From: Candidatus Cloacimonadota bacterium
Lineage (GTDB): Bacteria > Hydrothermota > E44-bin80
DNA length: 64,000 nucleotides
Direction: 5' to 3'
NCBI GenBank assembly: GCA_004375965.1
Contig: SOIS01000073.1
Coordinates: 14,802 to 78,801 of the forward strand
The translations under genes and the position numbers were made by a program. Positions 9,123-19,357 of this stretch are shown here, piece by piece (the first letter of the stretch is position 1; the number at the start of each line of letters is the position of its first letter). The notes beneath the pieces are model-generated. The model was not told the DNA's origin, made no database searches, and saw only the letters and a program-made list of their open reading frames with translations.

Positions 9123-10331
9123 CTATATGGTATGTCTTCGACTAGCACCAGGTAAGAATAAGAGGGATAAAAGGATTAGAATACCAATAAAAGAGAAGAT
9201 TAAGACATTACAATTTATAAAAAGAAATGGCTTCGGAAATAGATCATAAAAAAAACCACCAGCAAGAGGACCGATCACTGTTCCTAGATTGTTAACAGTG
9301 TTAATTAAACCTATATTTTGCCCGAGACGTCTACCTCCTAATTCACTAACACCTGACCGTGAAATCGGTGTAAAAGACCGAGCACCAGTTCCGAGAATTA
9401 CAAGAAAAATAATAAGAAGAAAGGTATTATTTATAAACGGTATAATAACTGATGCAATCCCTGTTATAAATCCAACAATGAGAAGCCCTTTTACAATACC
9501 CTTCTTATCAGAGAGATAGGAGAAAAAAAGCATTGAAAAAAGGGCAGAGATGTTGATCGCCATAAGAATAAAGGCAATATTCTTTGTTGGTATAAGAAAC
9601 TGTTCATTCAGATAGAGCACAATTATTGATCGAATAAGACCTGGTATTATTCCGATGAGAAAACCGAGAATAATAACTGCAATAAAACCACTGTTTTCTT
9701 TAACCGGTACTTTCCTTTCTATTTCTCTTGTCAACACTCTTTTTGGTATCGTTTCAGTAATGAAGAACGAGATGAAAAAACCGATAAGATATATTACACC
9801 AGACAGGAGAAAGATAATCCTAAAAGCATAATTCTCATCAGCCTTAAATAAAAACATTACAAAGATAATGGTTGTACCAATCAGTGCATTTCCAATGCTC
9901 ATTCCAGCACTTCCTGAAGCAAAATAAAAGCTGAGTGCCCTTGTCTTAAATGACTTCACAGAGCTTTCAATTGTTATCACCTGAGCAATTGGCCAAATTA
10001 ATCCAGAGAAAGTCCCTTGAAAAATACTGATGAAAAGAACATCAAAGTAGTTTCTTGAAAAAAACAGAACAATGCATGAAATGATGTATGCAAAAAACCC
10101 GATAGGAAGAAATACCTTCCTCCTCTCTATCTTATCTGAAAACCTTCCACATATATATGCAGCAACTGCTCTCGCAAACATAAATCCTGATACTAAAGCA
10201 CCTACTTGAAAGCCTGTTACTCCCATCCTCCGTGTGAAAATAGGAAGAATAGGACGTATCAGGGCAATCCCCACTGCACCAGTAAAGGCGAGTGACATTA
10301 GCACGAATATATTTTTCTTAACTCTTTCCAT
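9123..10331 (-). CDS. MFS transporter
   Basis: About 12 predicted TM helices and the MFS loop motif GRFSDKIERRKV. 402 aa. Confidence 0.7.
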   Translation of the reverse strand: MERVKKNIFVLMSLAFTGAVGIALIRPILPIFTRRMGVTGFQVGALVSGFMFARAVAAYICGRFSDKIERRKVFLPIGFFAYIISCIVLFFSRNYFDVLFISIFQGTFSGLIWPIAQVITIESSVKSFKTRALSFYFASGSAGMSIGNALIGTTIIFVMFLFKADENYAFRIIFLLSGVIYLIGFFISFFITETIPKRVLTREIERKVPVKENSGFIAVIILGFLIGIIPGLIRSIIVLYLNEQFLIPTKNIAFILMAINISALFSMLFFSYLSDKKGIVKGLLIVGFITGIASVIIPFINNTFLLIIFLVILGTGARSFTPISRSGVSELGGRRLGQNIGLINTVNNLGTVIGPLAGGFFYDLFPKPFLFINCNVLIFSFIGILILLSLLFLPGASRRHTI

Positions 10332-10450
10332 ATTAAAAGTATAAAGGTTAAGGAAAAAGGTAAAAAATTGTACAAGGTTGGGTCACAGAGAAATCAGTAA
10401 ACCACTGATGGAGTTGAGTAAAAGTAAAGTGAAACATCACGAATGTCTCT

Positions 10451-11533
10451 TTACAGAATAAATGGTGCTGGTATGAAGGTTAAAATGAGGAAAATCATTG
10501 CAACTATTCCTATAATTTTGTGTTTAAGAGAAATAGGACTGATGTCATCAAGAGGTGCAGGATGTTTAACCTTTACGAACCACATTATAAGAATTGCCCA
10601 TATAAACCATCCCTGCCAGAGAAACCCAAAAATAAAGAGGGAGGAGAAGACGACCCATCCTATCCATGCCTGGTATCTTCCAATAAGTCCATACATAATA
10701 TGACCTCCATCAAGCTGACCCATTGGAAGCAAATTGAGCGCTGTAACAAAAAGACCAATCCATCCTGCAAAAGCGACAGGATGAAGTAATATATCCTTTC
10801 CAGGGGGCACATCACCAACTACAACCTTTGAGATGAGATTAAAGAGAATCGAACTCCCAAGACCAAGTCCACCCTCCTCAACCGGAATAACAGTTGATAA
10901 CTTGAGACCGATCACTACGGCAGGTATTGCAAAAATTAATCCAACAAGTGGGCCTGCAGCCCCTATTTCAAGAAGTGCTTTTTTGTTTGTTATTGGTGCC
11001 TTCACTTTTATCACTGCACCGAATGTTCCTATAAAATGAGGGAAAGGAATAAAATAGGGAAGCGTTGCATCTATACCAAGTCTTTTTGAAGCAAAATAAT
11101 GTCCCAGTTCATGTGAACCAAGTATAAGTATAATAGTAAAAGAGAAGGGAATTCCAGTATATATCTTAAGAAAAGGATTTACTCCCTTTTGTAAGGCTCC
11201 GGCGAACATTGTTGTAATAATTGTAAGAATGAAGAGTATGATATTTATTGTATAGTTTGCTTTCTCTGGTGGTTTCAACTTAGGCACAAATTGAATAAGG
11301 GTTTTTTCTTTTCTTCTTCTGAAAAGTGGCATTAGTCCGACAAAATCAGATTTCTCTTTTATTTGTTTAACTGCTTCCTTATGGGGAATAATGAAATCGC
11401 CTATAACTGTAATTCTAAACTGTTCAGACCCTACCTCGGATATTATCATTATTCCGTCGAGAATGTCCCTTATTTTTTCTTCCCTCTCACTACTTATATC
11501 ATACATTTCTTTAGTTGGTTCTGTTGGGGACAA
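10451..11533 (-). CDS. site-2 protease family (peptidase M50) membrane metalloprotease
   Basis: HELGHYFASKRLG (HExxH inside a TM helix) in a polytopic membrane protein. Confidence 0.75.
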   Translation of the reverse strand: MSPTEPTKEMYDISSEREEKIRDILDGIMIISEVGSEQFRITVIGDFIIPHKEAVKQIKEKSDFVGLMPLFRRRKEKTLIQFVPKLKPPEKANYTINIILFILTIITTMFAGALQKGVNPFLKIYTGIPFSFTIILILGSHELGHYFASKRLGIDATLPYFIPFPHFIGTFGAVIKVKAPITNKKALLEIGAAGPLVGLIFAIPAVVIGLKLSTVIPVEEGGLGLGSSILFNLISKVVVGDVPPGKDILLHPVAFAGWIGLFVTALNLLPMGQLDGGHIMYGLIGRYQAWIGWVVFSSLFIFGFLWQGWFIWAILIMWFVKVKHPAPLDDISPISLKHKIIGIVAMIFLILTFIPAPFIL

Positions 11534-11583
11534 GCTCCAACGCTACATTTTTTCCCCTGGTTTCTTCACCGTTTCTCCAATTT

Positions 11584-12684
11584 TCACATTCCCCGTTTCT
11601 CAAACTTCTTCCCTACTCCTTCGTACTCCTTTGCCGCTTCCTCCCCTCTGAGGACACGTAATGCTCCCATTGCCAGTGCCTCCATCTCATCCTCACCAGG
11701 AAGAACAATTATTTTTGCCAGAAACTCAGTCTTACTTTTGATATAATTAATCACAAATTTTGAATGTGCAATACCTCCACTGATAACAATAGCATCAATC
11801 CTTCCAGAAAGTACAACTGCCATCTGTCCAATCCATTTTGACACCTGGTATGCCATTGCTTCAAGAACGAGTTCTGATTCCTTATCGCTATTCTCAATTC
11901 CTCTCTCAATCTCCTCAACATTGTCCGTCTCGAGATGTGAAAAGAGACCTGATTTTTTAAGGAGTTTTTTCATCATCTCCTTTTCAGTATATTTACCACT
12001 GTAACAAAGTTTAACGAGACCTGTTAAAGGTACAGTCCCAGCCCGCTGTGGTGAAAAAGGTGCCTCATCATTGGCATTGGATGAATCTATCTGTCTACCT
12101 TTTCTGTGAGCACTGACAGAAATCCCGCTTCCGAGATGAACAATTATAAGGTTCACATTCTTGTAATCTTTTGTCAGCTCTCTTGCTGCCCTTCGTGCAG
12201 TTGCCTTCATATTGAGAGCATGTGAAAGACTTAACCTTGGTATTTCTTTCACACCTGAGATTCTGGCAACAGGTTCAAACTCGTCCACAGATACAGGGTC
12301 CACAAAAAAGGACGGGATCCCATGTGGTTCAGCAATGCCGTGAGCAAGAAAAACCCCAATGTTAGAGATGTGTTCTGCCTGAACTTTACCATGCTTTACA
12401 TCATTCAAAATCCTATCATTTACCCTGTATGTGCCACTTTTGAGAGGAAGAAATGGACCACCCCTTCCTACAACAGCACTCAGTGATTTAAGTGGAACAG
12501 CTTTCTTTTCAAGGAGTTTAATAATATGGGCTCTTCTATACTCATACTGGTCCAGGTGTGTTTCAAAACGACTCAACTCCTCATTGCTGTGTCTTACAGT
12601 TTCAATAAAAAGAGGAGTTTCATCCTCATATACCCCTATCTTTGTCGATGTACCACCTGGATTAATAACAAGTATTTTATACAT
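11584..12684 (-). CDS. buk: butyrate kinase (acetate/butyrate kinase family)
   Basis: MYKILVINPGGTSTKIGVYE N-terminus. Start chosen at the internal ATG (12684) preceded by an AAAGG Shine-Dalgarno, not the longer track ORF that starts at 12702. Confidence 0.8.
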   Translation of the reverse strand: MYKILVINPGGTSTKIGVYEDETPLFIETVRHSNEELSRFETHLDQYEYRRAHIIKLLEKKAVPLKSLSAVVGRGGPFLPLKSGTYRVNDRILNDVKHGKVQAEHISNIGVFLAHGIAEPHGIPSFFVDPVSVDEFEPVARISGVKEIPRLSLSHALNMKATARRAARELTKDYKNVNLIIVHLGSGISVSAHRKGRQIDSSNANDEAPFSPQRAGTVPLTGLVKLCYSGKYTEKEMMKKLLKKSGLFSHLETDNVEEIERGIENSDKESELVLEAMAYQVSKWIGQMAVVLSGRIDAIVISGGIAHSKFVINYIKSKTEFLAKIIVLPGEDEMEALAMGALRVLRGEEAAKEYEGVGKKFEKRGM

Positions 12685-12694
12685 TATTAACCTT

Positions 12695-13507
12695 TCATAC
12701 ATCCTTCTCTTTATAGGATATCTTCTCTCCTTTGTTAAACAGGGTTATACCCTCAATACCCATATTTTTAAGCAGTTTCATCGTCTCTGGTATCCTATAT
12801 CCAATGTGTTCAGGTAGATGTGCATCGGAACCAATAGTGAGATATTTACCACCAAGGTTTAAGAATCTCCTTACTATTTCCATACGGGGATATGTCTCTT
12901 TCGGTAGATGTCTGAGCCCTGATGTATTAACTTCAAGTGCTATCCTCTTCTTCTTAATCGTCTCAAGTATTTCATCAATGGGTTTCTTAAATTCTTCGTA
13001 CGAATAATCCGCAATGTACTTCAGTGCATACCTCCGTATCATCTCAAAATGTCCAAGACAATCAAAGATACCACTATTAACGAGGTCAAAGGTAACCTCA
13101 AAATAGGAGAGAAAAGCCCTTTCTCTATCTAACTGCTTGAAAAACTCTGCAGTTCCCTCATCGTGCGAAACATCAAAATTATTGACAAGATGAACAGATC
13201 CGATAATAAAGTCGTAGTCTTTATCATTGAGGAATCTCCTGATTTCATCCTCCCTCTCTTTCTGATAGGTTATCTCTACCCCCTTTTTTATCTTTAGTCT
13301 ACCGTTATATTGACTCTTCAGTTCTGATATCTTCTCTGTAATATCATCATAATTATAATATCCATAGCCGTCATCCTGAGGGTCTAAATCAAGATGTTCG
13401 GTAAAAGCGATCTCATAAAAGTCACGTTCAATTGCACGATTGCAAACCATTTCAGGTTTTAGGTGGGAATCACACGAAAATATCGTGTGTATATGGTAGT
13501 CTATCAC
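12695..13507 (-). CDS. PHP-domain phosphoesterase, histidinol-phosphatase HisJ family
   Basis: MIDYHIHTIFSCDSH...FTEHLD is a PHP motif set. Start is GTG at 13505-13507 by my reading, abutting the upstream stop. Confidence 0.75.
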   Translation of the reverse strand: MIDYHIHTIFSCDSHLKPEMVCNRAIERDFYEIAFTEHLDLDPQDDGYGYYNYDDITEKISELKSQYNGRLKIKKGVEITYQKEREDEIRRFLNDKDYDFIIGSVHLVNNFDVSHDEGTAEFFKQLDRERAFLSYFEVTFDLVNSGIFDCLGHFEMIRRYALKYIADYSYEEFKKPIDEILETIKKKRIALEVNTSGLRHLPKETYPRMEIVRRFLNLGGKYLTIGSDAHLPEHIGYRIPETMKLLKNMGIEGITLFNKGEKISYKEKDV

Positions 13508-13508
13508 A

Positions 13509-14066
13509 TCAACCTCTAAGAGAATAGCCTTTTAGACCAACAGCGGATGGACATATTATCTCTACGTGCTTGTAATGAAGTCTTCCTTTCTTAATGTATT
13601 CGGAAGCAGTTATTCGAATATGATAACCACCAAGAGTTCCAGAGATACTTCCATTAGTATTTGTATGCCATTCAACGGTTCTTTTGCTCTCATTCACAGC
13701 AAGAATTATATATACATTCCCTTCATCCATATCTGCAATATCCTCACCACTGGGATGGGAAAGTGCCCTACTATCTCCAAGCTCTGTATGGGAATGGTAG
13801 TCACCGATCACATCAACAGGTAAAAGATGAACTATTTTCTTGATCCTCGATGCCCTTCGTTCATTTGGACTAACCCAGGTTTTTGCCTTCTGCGCTGTCT
13901 GAAAAGGAATTGCGTATTCAATAATGAAGGTCTCTTCACCTTTGAGACCGAGCAGAAGACCAAGTGTTTCAAAATTATAGACCTCAATAGCTGAGAGTAC
14001 CATTGACCAGAACGCCCTCTCCTTGATAATTACATTTTTTCTTTTAGTCTCTTTTCTTTCAGACAT
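13509..14066 (-). CDS. JAMM/MPN+ (Mov34) family metalloprotease-like protein
   Basis: E..G.L.G (ETLGLLLG) followed by DYHSHTELG...SHPSGEDI (HxH...S..D). ATG at 14064-14066 overlaps the upstream HD-gene stop by 8 nt (ATGTCTGA). Confidence 0.55.
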   Translation of the reverse strand: MSERKETKRKNVIIKERAFWSMVLSAIEVYNFETLGLLLGLKGEETFIIEYAIPFQTAQKAKTWVSPNERRASRIKKIVHLLPVDVIGDYHSHTELGDSRALSHPSGEDIADMDEGNVYIILAVNESKRTVEWHTNTNGSISGTLGGYHIRITASEYIKKGRLHYKHVEIICPSAVGLKGYSLRG

Positions 14067-14595
14067 TATGCAAAGTTTTAAGGCATTCAAAATTAATGAA
14101 ATCACTGTGATGAATAATGATACTCTCTATTGTTCTTTGATAGATGTCTCCTTCCTTCGAGTGGGTATAGATTATGTGGACAATTTCAGAAGGGAGTCCA
14201 AACTCGCTTGCAAGATTCGCTCCGCTTACCGGATGCCTGAGGAGATTTCCAACTTTTGATTTTTGAAAACCTTTCCCTTTATTTTCGTACTCTAACAATT
14301 TCCCGATGTCATGGAGCAAACCACCTGAAATCAGATAATCCCGATTAATTTCTATACTCTCATAGGATGTCTGCAATGCGTCAGCAATTTTTAATGCACA
14401 ATTTGTCACTGCTCTTGTGTGCTCTACAATGTTAATCTGAGTATCGGGTATCAAAAGTGTAAAGGGAACAGCAAACAGGTCATTCTCTTTCCATCCTCCC
14501 AATTCCATTGCCCTTTTCCAGACCTTCTGGGTTTTCTCCTGTAAATCTTTTTCTTTAATATTTTCTATTTCAGGGAATATCTTTACAAATTCCAC
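14059..14595 (-). CDS. HD-domain (HDIG-like) phosphohydrolase
   Basis: HTRAV...GGLLHDIGK...HHSDF. Confidence 0.7.
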   Translation of the reverse strand: MEFVKIFPEIENIKEKDLQEKTQKVWKRAMELGGWKENDLFAVPFTLLIPDTQINIVEHTRAVTNCALKIADALQTSYESIEINRDYLISGGLLHDIGKLLEYENKGKGFQKSKVGNLLRHPVSGANLASEFGLPSEIVHIIYTHSKEGDIYQRTIESIIIHHSDFINFECLKTLHNV

Positions 14596-14898
14596 ATCTT
14601 CCTCCTTGTAATACGCACAAAAAGAGAAGCAAGGATTATTTTAATTGTATCCCCTGCTATGAAAGGAAGTACACCTATCTTAAATGCATTAAATAGTTTT
14701 TTATCCAATTCTTTTCCTTTCTATAGACTCTGCCTCAGAGGTAAAGAGTTTACAAAAATGATTAAAATTAATCCTGTTTCGTTCTGCATTGTAGTGCTGC
14801 TCTGGTGTTGCTGTTCGAAGGATTATAGTAGATTTATTTAACTTTGTTGTTGTACTTACAAGCTTAAACCGTGATAATCCGTGGCTAAATTCTTCTTC

Positions 14899-16395
14899 CT
14901 ACTTCTCCACACTTGTATCTATCTGTGCCTTCTGAAGTTTTCCAGAATAATCAAAGTAAATTGTCTTTATTTCTGTGAATATCTCATATACAGCTAATCC
15001 TCCTTCTCTATGTCCATTACCTGTATTCTTTACACCGCCAAATGGAAGATGACATTCAGCACCAATAGTGGGTCCATTTATATATGTGATACCCGCTTCT
15101 ATCTCCTCTGCTGCCTTCAACGCAAGATTCACATCTCTTGTATAGATGGAGGAAGAGAGTCCATAGTTTGTATCGTTCATTATCTTTATGGCATCATCGA
15201 ACTCACTGAATTTAATAACGGAAAGTACAGGTCCGAATATCTCTTCTTGTTCGATTCTCATCCCAGATTTCACATCAATAAAAATTGTGGGTTCATAAAA
15301 CCATCCTTTTGCACATTCTCCTTCCTCGTAAAAATTGCCACCAAGTACAAGTTTTGCTCTTTCTTCTTTCCCAATCTTGACATAGTTATGTATAACATCC
15401 CTCTGCCCACTATTTATTACTGGTCCCATCTCAACTGTCTCCTCAAGACCATTTCCTATCTTTATCTTCTTTGCTCTTTCTTTTATCATTTCTATAAATT
15501 TATCATAAATTTTTTCATTAAGAATTAACCTTGATGTTGCAGTGCATCTCTGACCTGTAGTTCCAAATGCTCCCCATAAAACACCTTCAAGCGCAAGGTC
15601 TAAATCTGCATCTTGCATAACAATCTGTGCATTCTTTCCACCAAGTTCAAGTGAAACCCTCTTTAGCATCTTCCCACTAACCTCGGCAATACGACTCCCT
15701 ACCTCCGAAGAACCGGTGAAGGAGATAACACCAATATCGGGATGTGCAAGCAGTGCTTCTCCTACCTCTCTTCCTGTTCCGTGAACAATATTTACGACAC
15801 CTTCGGGAATACCAGCTTCATTTAATATTTCAACAAGCTTTGTTGCAGTTGCAGGCGTAGCACTCGCAGGTTTAATTACAACAGAATTTCCAGAAAGGAG
15901 AGCTGGTATCACCTTCCAGCATGGGATAGCCATTGGAAAGTTCCAGGGGGTTATCAATCCCGCTACACCAATAGGTTTTCTGACTGTGTAACATATCTTA
16001 TCTGGAAGTTCAGAAGGTGTTGTTATGCCAAAAAGCCTTCTACCTTCACCAAAGGCATAATAAGCAGTATCAATCCCTTCCTGGACATCGCCCCTTGTCT
16101 CCTTGATAACCTTTCCCATTTCTCTTGTTTCAAGTTTCGCAAGTTCCTCCTTCCTCTCAACCATTATATCACCACAACGACCAAGGATTTCTCCTCTCTT
16201 GGGGACAGGAACCCTCTTCCAGGACTCAAATGCCTTCTTTGCAATATCAACTGCATTCTCAACATCCTTAGCTGTTGACTTGGGGAATATGCCAACGATC
16301 TCATCCCAATTGGCAGGGTTTCTATTCTCAAATGTTCTCTTTGATTCAGATTCAACCCATTTCCCTCCGATAAAATTTTTATAAACCTCTGTCAT
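14899..16395 (-). CDS. NAD(P)-dependent aldehyde dehydrogenase
   Basis: ELGGKNAQIV, FTGSSEVG and GQRCTATSRL (catalytic Cys). 498 aa. Confidence 0.85.
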   Translation of the reverse strand: MTEVYKNFIGGKWVESESKRTFENRNPANWDEIVGIFPKSTAKDVENAVDIAKKAFESWKRVPVPKRGEILGRCGDIMVERKEELAKLETREMGKVIKETRGDVQEGIDTAYYAFGEGRRLFGITTPSELPDKICYTVRKPIGVAGLITPWNFPMAIPCWKVIPALLSGNSVVIKPASATPATATKLVEILNEAGIPEGVVNIVHGTGREVGEALLAHPDIGVISFTGSSEVGSRIAEVSGKMLKRVSLELGGKNAQIVMQDADLDLALEGVLWGAFGTTGQRCTATSRLILNEKIYDKFIEMIKERAKKIKIGNGLEETVEMGPVINSGQRDVIHNYVKIGKEERAKLVLGGNFYEEGECAKGWFYEPTIFIDVKSGMRIEQEEIFGPVLSVIKFSEFDDAIKIMNDTNYGLSSSIYTRDVNLALKAAEEIEAGITYINGPTIGAECHLPFGGVKNTGNGHREGGLAVYEIFTEIKTIYFDYSGKLQKAQIDTSVEK

Positions 16396-16592
16396 TCGAC
16401 CTCCTTAATCCACTTAAAAATACTTACTTTTCTACCCTCAAGCCCCAATTTTTAATGACTTGAGCCAAACTGCGGTGTGAGCATAACAATAATTGTTGTC
16501 AATGTCAAGTCCTTTTTCCTAACCTTTTCTCCCCTTTTTCAATACTCACTTCATCACCACCTCCTTTAATCCTTTTATCTTTATCCTACTGC

Positions 16593-17441
16593 TCACTCCT
16601 CACTCTGTTCTCCCTCTTGCCCACTCTCCCCTTCTCCAGTGCTCCCGATGAAATCACTTCCTGCCTGTTTTCTGTCATCTATCATCCCTATTATACCGAG
16701 GTTTTCTCCCGTCTTTTCTCCCGACTTTCTATAAGAAAAGAAAAGATTATCCAATGAGCAAGAACAGATTTCTGGAACAAGGATTTTTTTAACACCACTC
16801 TCTTCCAACTGCTCCCGCACCATTTTCCACATGTCTAAATAGATGCTATTCTTTCTTTCAATGAGATATTCCCTTTTAAACCTTTTCAAAAACTCCTTAC
16901 CAACTTCATAGCAGCAAGGGCCTAAGGATGGGCCTAAGAGTGCTTCAATACTTTCTGCTTTTATATCAAATGCTTCACACATCTTATCTACTCCCTTCTT
17001 TGCAATACCCTTCTCTGCTCCCGCTCTACCAGAATGCACTATACTAATGATTTTATTAATGGGTGAATGAAAAAAAACAGCAATGCAATCTGCTGTAAAA
17101 ACACCAAGAACTATACTCTTTCTATCTGTTATCATCCCATCCCCTTTCAGTTTATCAGATGAATCGTTCACTATATTCACAATATCAGAATGTGTCTGTT
17201 TTGTGTAAACTATATTTCTCTCATCAATAGAGACTGCATTAAAAAATCGTTTTCTGTTGAATTTCACATTACTGATATCGTCCCCTCTTCCATAATGTAG
17301 ATTTAATGTATCATAAGGTGGAGAACTTACACCACCAATCCTTGTTGAATAAAAAACATTGACACCCTTCCAGCCTTCGAATGCGAGGTAGACTACACCA
17401 TTCTTCTCTTTTAATCTCCAGAACTTGAAATCCTCTTTCAT
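16593..17441 (-). CDS. yfiH: YfiH/PgeF (DUF152, laccase-domain) family protein
   Basis: YSTRIGGVS, KQTHSDIV, TADCIAV and IVHSGRAG motifs. Unusual acidic/Gly-rich C-terminal tail (GSTGEGESGQEGEQSEE). Confidence 0.75.
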   Translation of the reverse strand: MKEDFKFWRLKEKNGVVYLAFEGWKGVNVFYSTRIGGVSSPPYDTLNLHYGRGDDISNVKFNRKRFFNAVSIDERNIVYTKQTHSDIVNIVNDSSDKLKGDGMITDRKSIVLGVFTADCIAVFFHSPINKIISIVHSGRAGAEKGIAKKGVDKMCEAFDIKAESIEALLGPSLGPCCYEVGKEFLKRFKREYLIERKNSIYLDMWKMVREQLEESGVKKILVPEICSCSLDNLFFSYRKSGEKTGENLGIIGMIDDRKQAGSDFIGSTGEGESGQEGEQSEE

Positions 17442-17537
17442 TCTGGTCTATACATAGTTTGACCGATGGTCACAGATAGCAGACTGCCGCGACCGCCAGT
17501 TGCATCACCATAGCAACGATCACAACACTATAGACGA

Positions 17538-19268
17538 TTATTGCATTTGTTTATGTTTCTCTATATGCAATAGATTCAATTGAACCGTTTTCTTATTCCT
17601 GTACATATGTTCCGTAAGTTGATAATAGATAGAATAAATCTTTTTCCCAATCTCAATCTCCTTTATGGATTCGCCTCTTCCAAAACCAATCGTTTCAAAT
17701 ATAACGTTATCTTCCCTCGTCTTTATTTTTAAATGATTAGTTCCAACTATTTTTGGATAACCAACAAAATCAACATTTTCCGTCAGGAAAACAGGCTGTG
17801 GGTTTTTTATTCCAAAGGGCTCAAGTCTCTTGAGTTCAGAAAGTAATTTATTGTCGATCTCTTTAAAAGGTAGCATACAGTCGCAGTTTAACTCCGGTAT
17901 CAAATCATCTTCTTTCAACTGTTCTTTTACAACCTTATTAAATGCCTTACGGAAATCAGAAATCATATCCTTATCTATTGTGATACCAGCCGCATAACGA
18001 TGACCTCCATATCGAATCAAAAATTCTTTGCACCTGTCAAGTGCATCGAGAATGTAAAAGGGTTTAATGCTCCTTCCTGATCCTTTTCCAAATTCACCTG
18101 CTGTTGATATAAGAATGGTCGGCCTTGAATACTTATCTGCTATCTTAGATGCTGCAATTCCAACTACCCCTTCATGCCAGTCTTCCTTTGCAAGCACAAT
18201 CGCATTTATACCTTTATCATATCCTTCCCTTTCGATAATTTCAATACTCTCGTTCATCACCTTTTTATGAAGTTCCTGTCTTACCTTATTTGTTCGATCA
18301 AGAAGATTGGCATATTCCCAAGCAAGACCTCTATCCTCAGTAAGCAACAGTTCAACTGATTTAATTGCAGTATCAAGCCTTCCAATTGCATTCAACCGTG
18401 GACCAAGGATATAACCTATCTCGTAAGTACCAGCAATATTCCCCTTTTTTAGACCCGACTTCTGAATAAGTGCTAAAAGACCTATTTTATCAGTCTTATT
18501 CAGCATCTCAATCCCTTTCTTTGCAAGTATTCTATTCTCTCCAGTCAAAGGAACAATATCTGCAATAGTTCCAAGTGCAACAAGGTCCAAATCTTTAAAG
18601 ATCTCTCTTCTATCTCTTCTATTTTTAATAAAAAGTGCTTCGATAAGCTTAAAGGCAACACCTACACCAGCCAATTCCTTAAAAGGATATGTCTCCCCTT
18701 CTACTTTCGGATCAATGATCGCAAATGCACCCTTTGAATCACCCGCTGGAGTATGATGGTCAGTAACTATCACATCTATTCCCAATTTCTTTGCCAGTTG
18801 GATCTCATCTGCTGCATTTATTCCACAATCAACAGTTATAATGAGCTTGAACCCTCTTTTTTTTATACTTCTGATTCCTTCCTCTGATACTCCATAGCCT
18901 TCTCTTATTCTATGCGGAATGTAATAGTATGAATTCGCATTCAGTTCATGAAGATTTCTTACAAGGAGGGCAATAGATGAGACCCCATCTACGTCGTAAT
19001 CTCCATAAATAAGGATGGGTTCTTTCTCTTTAATTGCCCTCATGATCCTATTGGTCGCCTTATCCATATCCCTGAAAAGAAATGGGTCAAAAAGCCTATC
19101 AAAGGAAGGGGATAAGAAATTCTTGATTTCTTCAACACTTCTGTATCCCCTGTTCAGTATAATTTGAATAATGGGACGAGAAAGTGAAAGTTCATTTTGA
19201 AGTTTCACAACCTCGTCGCTACTGAATTCTTTAGGGGGGTTGCATTTTATATCCCGTTCTTTCTTCAT
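17538..19268 (-). CDS. recJ: single-stranded-DNA-specific exonuclease RecJ
   Basis: DHH motifs (YGDYDVDGVSS, ITVDCGINA, VIVTDHHTP) and DHHA1 (GGHRYAAGI). Confidence 0.85.
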   Translation of the reverse strand: MKKERDIKCNPPKEFSSDEVVKLQNELSLSRPIIQIILNRGYRSVEEIKNFLSPSFDRLFDPFLFRDMDKATNRIMRAIKEKEPILIYGDYDVDGVSSIALLVRNLHELNANSYYYIPHRIREGYGVSEEGIRSIKKRGFKLIITVDCGINAADEIQLAKKLGIDVIVTDHHTPAGDSKGAFAIIDPKVEGETYPFKELAGVGVAFKLIEALFIKNRRDRREIFKDLDLVALGTIADIVPLTGENRILAKKGIEMLNKTDKIGLLALIQKSGLKKGNIAGTYEIGYILGPRLNAIGRLDTAIKSVELLLTEDRGLAWEYANLLDRTNKVRQELHKKVMNESIEIIEREGYDKGINAIVLAKEDWHEGVVGIAASKIADKYSRPTILISTAGEFGKGSGRSIKPFYILDALDRCKEFLIRYGGHRYAAGITIDKDMISDFRKAFNKVVKEQLKEDDLIPELNCDCMLPFKEIDNKLLSELKRLEPFGIKNPQPVFLTENVDFVGYPKIVGTNHLKIKTREDNVIFETIGFGRGESIKEIEIGKKIYSIYYQLTEHMYRNKKTVQLNLLHIEKHKQMQ

Positions 19269-19357
19269 CGTTCTCTATAAGTGCACAGAATTAAAATCTG
19301 TGGTTCACCAGTTAGTTATGAAATTCTTTAACGAGTAAGTCTGTGTGATACTTTTTT

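Noticed and set aside
15010-15528. 172-aa plus-strand ORF inside the aldehyde dehydrogenase gene
   Set aside because: Antisense to a strongly supported ALDH CDS. Phe/Tyr/Ile-rich junk composition.
17442-17537. Relatively GC-rich 96-nt spacer between the yfiH-like gene and recJ, checked as a possible small RNA or tRNA
   Set aside because: No tRNA-like conserved loops and no convincing stable hairpins. Treated as an ordinary intergenic or promoter region.
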